From positions 2,008 through 66,007 of the forward strand of contig CAVSHJ010000022.1 of the NCBI GenBank assembly GCA_963727725.1: a stretch of 64,000 nucleotides of DNA, written 5' to 3'. Source of the DNA: Thermodesulfovibrionales bacterium (lineage in GTDB: Bacteria > Nitrospirota > Thermodesulfovibrionia > Thermodesulfovibrionales > SM23-35). Below are positions 42,107 through 50,853 of the stretch, one piece after another; position 1 is the stretch's first letter; each line of letters opens with the position of its first letter. The notes beneath the pieces were generated by a model. It saw only the letters and a list, made by a program, of their open reading frames with translations. It did not search any database and was not told the DNA's origin. The translations under genes were made by a program, and so were the position numbers.

Positions 42107-42875
42107 AAAGCTGGTGAGCGTGGTCATACCCGTTTATAATGGTGAACGGTATCTTGGCGGAGCAATCGAGAACGTACTGGCTCAGGACTATCGGCCAATT
42201 GAGATAATTGTGATAGATGACGGATCCACCGATAATACGGAACCCGTTGCTCGGAGTTACGGGAGAGATATCGTCTATGCCCACCAGGAAAACCGAGGAC
42301 CGGCAGCAGCCCGTAATAAAGGGCTGCAAATAGCCTCCGGGGACATTGTAGGTTTCCTTGATGTTGATGACCTTTGGAGCGAGAATAAACTCCCGGTTCA
42401 GTTTGCCCGTCTGGCGGACGACCCTTCAGTGGAAATTGTTCTGGGGCTCACTCAGCTTATGAAGTTGCAGGTGGACGAAGAGGGCAGACCTAAATTCGAA
42501 AAATGGCATGATCCTTTCTGCGCGTTTCTGCTCGGCGCGGCACTCTTTAGAAAATCGGTGTTTGAGAAACTGGGATTTTTCGATGAGACGCTTTATCACA
42601 GTGAAGACACTGACTGGTTTCTGCGGATCAGGGAGATGCAGGTCTGTACGACCCTTATAGATGAGGTGAGTCTTTTTTATCGCTGGCACGAGTCCAATAT
42701 GACCCTTGATTCGGCTGGATGTAACAGATATCTTATAAAAGCCCTAAAAAAATCACTTGACAGACGGAGGCGGCAAAACCGCAATCAGGCTGAGTCTCTG
42801 CCCGGACTCTCTTGTATTGCAGAAAAATCCGCCGGAAGACTTCCCGATTCAGGAAAATCACGGGCAAAGGACTGA
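42096..42875 (+). CDS. GT2-family glycosyltransferase
   Basis: VIPVYN, IDDGSTD, FLDVDD, SEDTDW. Confidence 0.9.
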   Translation: MANEKLVSVVIPVYNGERYLGGAIENVLAQDYRPIEIIVIDDGSTDNTEPVARSYGRDIVYAHQENRGPAAARNKGLQIASGDIVGFLDVDDLWSENKLPVQFARLADDPSVEIVLGLTQLMKLQVDEEGRPKFEKWHDPFCAFLLGAALFRKSVFEKLGFFDETLYHSEDTDWFLRIREMQVCTTLIDEVSLFYRWHESNMTLDSAGCNRYLIKALKKSLDRRRRQNRNQAESLPGLSCIAEKSAGRLPDSGKSRAKD

Positions 42876-42879
42876 TCGG

Positions 42880-44103
42880 ATGGCAAAAACTGTGACACCA
42901 AAGCAGATCTGGGAACGCGCCCTCGCGGGCACCAGGTGGCTTGTGCAGCATCAGAATCAGGACGGAAGTTGGGTGGGACTGAAGGATCAGAAAGTGGGTG
43001 CCTTTTATAAGGCGAGCTGGGCATTTTCGGAGACCGGGCAATCTGCTGCAGCCCACCGTGCCCTCAACTATGTCCATCGTCACTTTTTCACTGAAGCAGG
43101 TGACTTCTTATACAGTCAGCCGGCTGAGGTCGGTTCTTTGCTCGGTAGTTATCCTTACGTCAACTCTTATATTATCATAGGCAGCATGCGTGCCGGACGT
43201 TACGATATCGCGCTGCCTGCGGTCTCTTTTTTGCTTGCACGGCAAGCTGCGGATCATGGGGGATTCTATTCGCGCTTGACTCAACAGGGAGTGAAGACCA
43301 TGGCCGATACCATATCTTCAGCTACAGCGGGCATCGCGTGTCTGGCCGCCGGGGAACTTGAAGCAGCCCGACGCGTTGCCGACTACCTGGGCCGTATGGT
43401 CCGTCTTCAGCCCCGGCCGGATGATCGCTTTTTCACTACCATTGACGCAGAGGGACATCTATACACTAACGTCAAGGATGACGACGACGCGTTTCTGCGT
43501 ACCATCGACACCGGGAAAGCAGATCAGTGCTGGTACGCTGTTGGACTACCGCTGGCTTTCCTCGTTCTGCTGGAAAGTGCGACGAGTGATACCAGGTACC
43601 GGGAGCTGGCACAATGGTACTTCGATTTTCAAGAGCGCTGTGTTAATCCCTGGGATGGCTACTCAAGCGGTAAAGCCGGATGGGGGTGTGCGATGCTCTA
43701 TCGCGTTACGGGGGAGTTGCGCTACCGGGACATTGCGTTGCACGTTGCGCAAAGCATTATGGACAGGCAGAGAAGAGACGGCAGCTGGCTGTCCGGCAAG
43801 AGCAAGCAAGGGGAACTCACTGACCCCGACTTTGATTTGACAGGCGAATTCACCCTGTGGCTGTCACTGATTTCCTCCAATGTGCTTGCGCGGGATTCAT
43901 GCTGCATCCCTCTCGCAGTCAATGAGACAAGAATTCCAAAACCGAAGCGTACACAAAGTCTGAGAGAAACATTGCGCCGGACTGCCGCAGCGCATTACCG
44001 AATATTGAGAAACGAGGGTCTTGGGAAGTACTTGATGCGCTCTTATCATTACAGAAAGGGGCAGGTCTTAAGGTGGATCAGGAAAGAGTCCCACGCAAAC
44101 TAG
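42880..44103 (+). CDS. Alpha/alpha-barrel protein with QW (prenyltransferase/squalene cyclase-like) repeats, function unknown
   Basis: WLVQHQNQDGSW, FLLARQ..HGGF, MDRQRRDGSW, LYRVTGELRYRD; likely start ATG 42880. Confidence 0.6.
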   Translation: MAKTVTPKQIWERALAGTRWLVQHQNQDGSWVGLKDQKVGAFYKASWAFSETGQSAAAHRALNYVHRHFFTEAGDFLYSQPAEVGSLLGSYPYVNSYIIIGSMRAGRYDIALPAVSFLLARQAADHGGFYSRLTQQGVKTMADTISSATAGIACLAAGELEAARRVADYLGRMVRLQPRPDDRFFTTIDAEGHLYTNVKDDDDAFLRTIDTGKADQCWYAVGLPLAFLVLLESATSDTRYRELAQWYFDFQERCVNPWDGYSSGKAGWGCAMLYRVTGELRYRDIALHVAQSIMDRQRRDGSWLSGKSKQGELTDPDFDLTGEFTLWLSLISSNVLARDSCCIPLAVNETRIPKPKRTQSLRETLRRTAAAHYRILRNEGLGKYLMRSYHYRKGQVLRWIRKESHAN

Positions 44104-45122
44104 CAAAGGCGGAACGTAACTCCGTAAAACTTGTACGACGGCTGGGACGAACGGGGTTTGAAGTGAATGTTCTCGGAGTGGGAGGACACACTTATCCGGT
44201 CGGCGACAGCCCTGATTGTTTCATGACCCCGGACGCTCGCGCTAAGCTTATTAGTCGTCTCGTATCTTCCGGCGTAAATTATTTTGATACGACTGACATG
44301 TGTGAAGTGGAACTGTTAGCTGATTCTTTCAAACGTGCGGATATAAGGGAGAATGTGGTCGTTTCTCTTCATGGAGGGCGCATCTCGGACCCACAATGGT
44401 TTGAAAAGCTTCGCCCGGGAATTGAATCAAGACTCGATATTTTGGGGTATGAGCGTGCACCTTTATTCATCACGAGTGTCGGGGATGGCGACGCCTCTTA
44501 TGCTGACTTAGTTGCAGCCTGCCAAGCGATGACAAAACTTAAGGAGGAAAACCTCGTTCAGAACATCGGTCTCAGTTGCCACACGACAAGTCTGTTCCCC
44601 GCGGTCAGCCGTGTCATCCGTGAAACCGATATGATTGATTATGTCATGGTGCGGTTTAATTGGAAAGACCGGCGGGCTGACGAGGAGCTTTTTCCGGCAG
44701 CTGAGGATCACGATGTCGGCATCGTGCTGATGAAAATTTTTTGTTGGGATTGTTACCCATCACAGTGGGAGAGAAGGATCAGTGTCTTCGAGCCCCTGAG
44801 TTGCGAAAGCTGCGTTGAGGACAATTCATCTCTGACACCGGCCCAACGAAATATATTGTGGTGCATTCAAAATTCAGCTTGCGACGTTATCGTACCCTCA
44901 ATGAATACCATGCATGAGGTCGAAGAGAATATTCGGGCCCTCAAGTCGATAGATGCGGATGTTGTCACGGAGGACTTTGAGAAGTACAGCGGCAGACTCT
45001 GGGACAAGAAGGAGATCAAAACTCTGGCTCTATATGCGGAAAGCAAAATAATACGTGAGAGGGCCGAGTTTTTGTTGAACCCAAAGCGAACGGCGCCGGC
45101 ACATTTTAATGCGGACTATTAA
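44073..45122 (+). CDS. Aldo/keto reductase family protein (3' end possibly frameshifted)
   Basis: RRLGRTGFEVNVLGVG, GVNYFDT, IGLSCH, DVGIVLMK, PSMNT..EVEENI. Confidence 0.8.
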   Translation: MDQERVPRKLAKAERNSVKLVRRLGRTGFEVNVLGVGGHTYPVGDSPDCFMTPDARAKLISRLVSSGVNYFDTTDMCEVELLADSFKRADIRENVVVSLHGGRISDPQWFEKLRPGIESRLDILGYERAPLFITSVGDGDASYADLVAACQAMTKLKEENLVQNIGLSCHTTSLFPAVSRVIRETDMIDYVMVRFNWKDRRADEELFPAAEDHDVGIVLMKIFCWDCYPSQWERRISVFEPLSCESCVEDNSSLTPAQRNILWCIQNSACDVIVPSMNTMHEVEENIRALKSIDADVVTEDFEKYSGRLWDKKEIKTLALYAESKIIRERAEFLLNPKRTAPAHFNADY

Positions 45123-45972
45123 AGCGCATTACAGGATATTGAAGAACGAAGGTCTCAAGAAGTACCTTCAGCACTCTTATCATTATAGAAAGGGGCAACT
45201 TTTCAACTGGCATCAGAAAGATCCGGACCTGATGTTATTACGTCAGAATGCACGGGGTGTCATGAGAGAGAAACGTCCTTTGGTAAGTGTTGTCATAACG
45301 GTATTTAACGGTGAAGAATATCTGCGGGAAGCCATCGAAAGCGTGCTCGGCCAGACCTACCGGTCGTTTGAACTCATTGTGGTAGACGACGGCTCGACAG
45401 ACAATAGCGGTGCGATAGCGAAGAGCTTTGCTTCACAACTGCGATACTTCTACCAGGATAACAGCGGTCAGGGAGCCGCTCTCAACAGGGGCATAGAGTT
45501 ATCCGGAGGATGCTTTCTCTCCTTCCTCGATGCCGATGATCTCTGGACGGAAGATAAATTAATGCATCAGGTGGCGGCCTTTGATAATAATCCTGATGTG
45601 GATATGGTATTCGGACAGGTGGAACAGTTTTACAGTTCCGAGCTTGATGAGAATCAGAGGAAAAGGATCAGGATTCCTGCCAAGATTATGCGGGGATTTT
45701 TTAAGGGCAGCATGCTTATTAAGCGGGATTCCTTTTTTCGAGTCGGGACATTTGACACAAGGTGGAAGTTGGGAGACTTTATTGACTGGTATTTGAGGGC
45801 GATGGAAAAGGGCCTTAGGAGCGTTATGCTGAATGAAGTCGTTATGTTGAGGAGGATCCATGCGGACAATATGGGCATTCGTGAGCGCAAGTTGCGCCCC
45901 GAGTTTGTAAGAATTCTCAAGGCCTCTCTTGATCGGCGCCGCAAGATTCATAATGCTGAGACAGACATATAG
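45109..45972 (+). CDS. GT2-family glycosyltransferase (domain starts ~45262; upstream part may belong to the AKR)
   Basis: LVSVVITVFN, VDDGSTD, FLDADD, RRIHADN. Confidence 0.9.
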   Translation: MRTIKAHYRILKNEGLKKYLQHSYHYRKGQLFNWHQKDPDLMLLRQNARGVMREKRPLVSVVITVFNGEEYLREAIESVLGQTYRSFELIVVDDGSTDNSGAIAKSFASQLRYFYQDNSGQGAALNRGIELSGGCFLSFLDADDLWTEDKLMHQVAAFDNNPDVDMVFGQVEQFYSSELDENQRKRIRIPAKIMRGFFKGSMLIKRDSFFRVGTFDTRWKLGDFIDWYLRAMEKGLRSVMLNEVVMLRRIHADNMGIRERKLRPEFVRILKASLDRRRKIHNAETDI

Positions 45973-45975
45973 TTC

Positions 45976-46755
45976 ATGGTAAAACGGACGATTAGAGAAA
46001 CCATGCCTCTTGTGAGTGTTATCATACCGGCATATAACTGTGAAAGGTTCATCGCAGAAGCGGTGAAGAGCGTAAGGTTACAAAACTATGAACCGCTCGA
46101 GATTATTATAATCGATGACGGTTCAACAGACGGGACCCAAGCATGTGTAAAAAGCCTTGGTGAGGACATCCGCTATGTGTATCAGTCGAACAGGGGCCCG
46201 GCGGCAGCCCGCAACACAGGTATCGCAATGGCCAGGGGCGAAATGATCGCATTTCTCGATGCCGACGATTACTGGCCTGCAAACAAATTGAAAGTTCAAA
46301 TGGCGCGTATGAACAGAGATCCGGAAATGGAAGTCGTTTTAGGTCGCATCCGGTGTACCGGGGTATTGACGGAAGCAGACAGAAAAATCCGTTTTGAGGG
46401 TCCGGACAATACCATGATAAGCATTTGCCTGGGCAGTGGTGTTTTCAGAAAATCCGTTTTTGACAAGGTGGGCCTCTTCGATGAATCCTTACGCCATTAT
46501 GAAGATCATGACTGGTTCCTGCGTGCCAGGGAGAAGGACATTTCGATAATAATACTGAAAGATATTACGCTTCATAATCGCCGGAATGAATACAGCATGA
46601 GCCGCAGAAAGAATAAGAATGATCCAAGCATGATCCGGATACTCAAGAAATCGTTAGACCGTCGCCGTCAGCAGAAAAAGGGTCCCGTTGAGTTATCCCC
46701 CGATTTTTTTGACTTTGACGAGGGGAAGACATCACAGAGGAATATAAAGCCGTGA
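45976..46755 (+). CDS. GT2-family glycosyltransferase
   Basis: VSVIIPAYN, IDDGSTD, FLDADD, YEDHDW. Confidence 0.9.
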   Translation: MVKRTIRETMPLVSVIIPAYNCERFIAEAVKSVRLQNYEPLEIIIIDDGSTDGTQACVKSLGEDIRYVYQSNRGPAAARNTGIAMARGEMIAFLDADDYWPANKLKVQMARMNRDPEMEVVLGRIRCTGVLTEADRKIRFEGPDNTMISICLGSGVFRKSVFDKVGLFDESLRHYEDHDWFLRAREKDISIIILKDITLHNRRNEYSMSRRKNKNDPSMIRILKKSLDRRRQQKKGPVELSPDFFDFDEGKTSQRNIKP

Positions 46756-48608
46756 ACAGAAAGATAAAAATATTATTTTGGACTCCGTTTTTTCTCCCGG
46801 ACATAGGCGGCATTGAAACATTAAGCGCCAAATTGCTGCCTGCGCTGCAAGAGCAGGGTTATGATATCACGGTACTTACTTCCCACGGGAAATATGACGT
46901 CGCCGATAAAACAGAGTTTAATGGTATACCGGTTTTCCGTTTTCATACGCGAAATGCCATAGGAAAGCGCGACCTGTCCCGGATATTCGAGATCCGCGCA
47001 CAGGTGGCCAGGCTCAAACAGTCCTTCAAGCCGGACCTTATACACATACACATGAGCGACCCGAGCGTCTATTTTCATCTGAGTACCGCTGCTGCCTGTC
47101 CCGCACCGACAATAGTGAGCATACACCAGGACATTGAGTATTATGGTTTTCAGGGCGGCGAGGATACATTGCTTGGGAATGCGCTTCATATGGCCGATTG
47201 GGTTACTGCCGTTTCCAGTGCGACATTATCCGATCTGCTCCGTATTGCACCGGAGATAAGGAATTGCTCTTCTGTAATTTATAATGGGGTTGACCCGCCG
47301 GATATTGTCCCCGACCCTATTTCTTTCGATCCGCCCCGGATTTTGTGTCTGGGAAGACTTATACATGCTAAAGGCGTTGATCTGGCAATTGCAGCTTTTG
47401 CCTCACTCTTGAATCGCTGGCCGAGGGCACGCCTGACAATTGTTGGCGAGGGACCACAGCGAAATCAATTGGAAAAACAGGCCGCCGGGCTTGGTCTCGC
47501 GGACTCGGTGAAGTTTACAGGAATGGTCAGGCCTGAAGACGTTCCCGCACTTATGAATCAGGCTACAATCGTCGTCATGCCCTCACGGGTCGAGGGTTTC
47601 CCGATGCGGGTGCTTGAAGTAGCGCAAATGGCAAGACCGGTGGTGGCAACTCCGGCAGGTGGTTTGCCGGAGGCGATTGTTCATCAACAGACCGGATTAA
47701 TAGTGGAGCACGAAAATAGTCCGGCTATCGCCGATGCAGTTGGCTTTTTCCTTGACCATCAGGAGACAGCTTCCAGAATGGGTGAGGCTGCGCGTTCGCG
47801 GGTGCTCAAAATGTTCAGTCTGAAGAGTTGCGTGGACTCCTATAGCAGACTCTACCGCAGGATCGTCGGCGAATACCCGATGCTCGCTTATGACGGAGCG
47901 ACAGTGACGGGTATTCCACCTCTGATAAGCATCATTGTGCCGGTTTACAACGGTGAAGAATATTTGTCCGAGGCAATTGACAGCGTTTTAACTCAAACCT
48001 ATCGCACTACCGAAATCATTCTGGTCGACGATGGTTCAACCGACGGGAGCCCAAAAATCGCGGAGCTTTTTTCGCCTGTCCTGAAGTACTGCTATCAAGA
48101 GAATGCCGGTACCGGCGCGGCACGAAATAGAGGGGTAGAACTGGCGCAGGGCAGTTTCTTTGCGTTCCTGGATGCTGATGATGTCTGGCTGCGGGACAAA
48201 CTCCTGATTCAGATGGCAGCGTTTTACGATGATCCTGAAATTGATATTGTATTCGGTCATGTTAAGCAGTTCTACAGCCCGGAATTGGACGGGTTGCAAG
48301 GAGCAGACTGCGTCTGTACGGATGAAGCGATGCCGGGATTCCTGCCCTGTACGATGTTAATAAAACGGGAAGCATTCTTTCAGGTGGGTCTGTTTGAGAC
48401 CAATTGGCGGCTGGGGCAGGACGTGAGCTGGATAATGCGGGCCCGAGAGCGCGGTCTCCGTGAGGTGATGGTGCCTGACGTTATATATATGCGACGACTT
48501 CACAAGAACAATAAAGGTATCACCCATCGACAATTCGGCAGGGACCGCATCAGAATACTGAAAGCGTCACTCGATCGGCGGCGCGGGCTGCGGGGACAGC
48601 AAGGGTAA
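46752..48608 (+). CDS. GT4-GT2 fusion glycosyltransferase
   Basis: GT4 (IYNGVD, GRL..AKG, PSRVEGFP..LE) followed by GT2 (IIVPVYN, VDDGSTD, FLDADD). Confidence 0.9.
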   Translation: MNRKIKILFWTPFFLPDIGGIETLSAKLLPALQEQGYDITVLTSHGKYDVADKTEFNGIPVFRFHTRNAIGKRDLSRIFEIRAQVARLKQSFKPDLIHIHMSDPSVYFHLSTAAACPAPTIVSIHQDIEYYGFQGGEDTLLGNALHMADWVTAVSSATLSDLLRIAPEIRNCSSVIYNGVDPPDIVPDPISFDPPRILCLGRLIHAKGVDLAIAAFASLLNRWPRARLTIVGEGPQRNQLEKQAAGLGLADSVKFTGMVRPEDVPALMNQATIVVMPSRVEGFPMRVLEVAQMARPVVATPAGGLPEAIVHQQTGLIVEHENSPAIADAVGFFLDHQETASRMGEAARSRVLKMFSLKSCVDSYSRLYRRIVGEYPMLAYDGATVTGIPPLISIIVPVYNGEEYLSEAIDSVLTQTYRTTEIILVDDGSTDGSPKIAELFSPVLKYCYQENAGTGAARNRGVELAQGSFFAFLDADDVWLRDKLLIQMAAFYDDPEIDIVFGHVKQFYSPELDGLQGADCVCTDEAMPGFLPCTMLIKREAFFQVGLFETNWRLGQDVSWIMRARERGLREVMVPDVIYMRRLHKNNKGITHRQFGRDRIRILKASLDRRRGLRGQQG

Positions 48609-48647
48609 TATATTTTTCGGTGCGTTTCCGAAAACGTGAATGAGTAA

Positions 48648-49665
48648 ATGTATTCTATTTGTACCATGAAGAAATTAATAGATTTCATATACGGCAGTGC
48701 ATGGGGTTTGGTGAGAAGGTTCAGATTTTACTTTAGCCGTCAAGGATTATGCTATTTTTCTGATTATAGAAACAGAAAGACTATTAAAATGACGGGCATC
48801 GGAAATTGTGAAAGCAGGGTCCGCTTTTATCCTTCGGTCCATCATTTTATTCATAATATGCCCTGTCTTTTTCCCAGGCGGAATTATGATTATCTGGTTG
48901 CCCAGAATTTTCTTTACGAAGAATTTTTATCGTGCCGAAAGCCAAAAGTATTTTTTACGCTGGAACCCCCTCCAACCATGACTCAGGAGACCAGGAGAAA
49001 TTTGCAGCGTGAAGCATTGAAGCCGTTCCTCTATCTGTATGATGAACCCGATATTAACAAGCGAATGTTTTATCCGTCCCTCGCTGACCACAGAGAAGAA
49101 ATTATCAGGCACCTTGAAGAAACACTTGAGGAAAAACGCCCGCGGCTTTGCTGTATCATTAACCGATATTCGGAACATCCGGAACTGGATCTTGTTCGCC
49201 AAAGAATTCTGTTTGTCAAGACGATGGGAAGCGATATCGACATTTACGGGGCAGAGCCATGGGGTGTGTCGAACAAATGGAGAACATTTCCCTAATTATT
49301 ACGGCATGGCGGAAAACAAACAGGAAATACTGAAAAAATATAATTTTGTACTGGCATTTGAGAACAGCAATTTCCCGGGATATATCACTGAAAAGATCAT
49401 CGACGCCTTTAAAGCCGGCACGGTTCCGCTCTACTGGGGCGGAGGAAAGTTACTGCAGGAGATTTTTCCCTCAGATTGTTACATAAACTGCAGTAATCAG
49501 GACCCTGCGAGAATCCACCGGATGATAAAGGATATGCCGCAGAAGGACATTGTTTCATTCAGAAGGGCAGCCATAGAATTTCTGAAATCCGATATGGCTG
49601 ATCGATTTATGGGCAGTTATTTGAAGCAGGAAATTGTAAAGAGGCTGGAAGGCGCACATATATGA
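48648..49665 (+). CDS. GT10 (alpha-1,3-fucosyltransferase-like) protein, frameshift near 49290
   Basis: KYNFVLAFENSNFPGYITEKIIDAFKAGTVPLYWG in 49039..49665; N-terminal part in 48648..49295. Confidence 0.8.
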
Positions 49666-49668
49666 TGA

Positions 49669-50829
49669 ATGAAGAGATTGTTTGTGAATACAAGGAAGTA
49701 TAGCCGCCACTGCCTGCCTTCGTCAGAGCAGGAATTGCTCTTGCGGGCTGCTCTCTTAAAGGGGACAGACTCCGTTGAGGCGTGGAAAGAATGGAAGTCA
49801 TCTGTTGACGTAGAACAGGTCGATGCGGCTTCCCATCGAATGTTGCCGCTGCTTTATCGCAACCTGCGGGCCCTTGGAATCAAAGACCCTTCGATGGGTA
49901 AATATAAAGGCGTTTACCGTCACACATGGTACAAGAACCAGATATTGTTCCATGCCATCGCTTCTCTTCTCCGTTCTTTTGAAGGTGCAAATATACAGAC
50001 CATGATACTCAAGGGAGCTGCCCTGACCCTGCTTTACCATAGAGATTATGGTCTGCGCCCGATGAACGATTTCGACGTTCTCATTCGACCGGACAAGGTC
50101 CTTCCTGCAATCAGGTTATTAGAGACGCTGGGATGGTCGCCGATAGATTTCGTGCCGACGGAGGAATATATCTCCGTGAGTTATTCACACGGATTTAAAA
50201 ACAGCGCCGGTCAGGAATTCGATCTTCATTGGCATCTTTTGTCACAGTCCCGCGGGATGAATGCCGACGATGATTTCTGGAATGGAGCGGTAACGGCCGA
50301 CATTAATGATGTTGCTGCATATACCCTGAATCCGGCCGATCAATTGTTGCATGTCTGCATTCACGGGGCGAGATGGAATTTCATACCGCCATTCCGCTGG
50401 GTGGCCGATGCAATGACCGTTCTTGATACCTCACAAGCCGGGATTGACTGGAACAGACTTATCGGGCAGGCTGAAAAGCGACATTTGGTCTTACCGCTGC
50501 TTGATACACTGAGCTATTTGAAAGAGATATTTGGCGCTCCTATTGCACCGGAAATTTTCAGAAGCCTTGAAGATATACCTGTACCGAATATTGAACGCAT
50601 AGAATATAAAATCGCCGTCATCCCTCCCACACAGTGGACAGCCGTGTTAGACCTCTGGTGCCAGCATTGCCGTCTGGCGGAAGATTCGGGTTTGGCGCGC
50701 AAGATTGCGGGATTCCCGAAATTTCTGCAGAATATATGGGGAATACCTCCGTGGAGATTGCCTCTCTACGGTCTGCTAAAAACAATGACATGGCATACAA
50801 ACCGTCTGTCGAAGAAACCTCCGAAATAG
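49669..50829 (+). CDS. Nucleotidyltransferase family protein (NTP_transf_5-like)
   Basis: ILKGAAL..Y..GLRPMNDFDVL, FDLHW, HVCIHG, RWVAD. Confidence 0.8.
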   Translation: MKRLFVNTRKYSRHCLPSSEQELLLRAALLKGTDSVEAWKEWKSSVDVEQVDAASHRMLPLLYRNLRALGIKDPSMGKYKGVYRHTWYKNQILFHAIASLLRSFEGANIQTMILKGAALTLLYHRDYGLRPMNDFDVLIRPDKVLPAIRLLETLGWSPIDFVPTEEYISVSYSHGFKNSAGQEFDLHWHLLSQSRGMNADDDFWNGAVTADINDVAAYTLNPADQLLHVCIHGARWNFIPPFRWVADAMTVLDTSQAGIDWNRLIGQAEKRHLVLPLLDTLSYLKEIFGAPIAPEIFRSLEDIPVPNIERIEYKIAVIPPTQWTAVLDLWCQHCRLAEDSGLARKIAGFPKFLQNIWGIPPWRLPLYGLLKTMTWHTNRLSKKPPK

Positions 50830-50853
50830 TCTCGGGAATAGATCGTGGCAACT

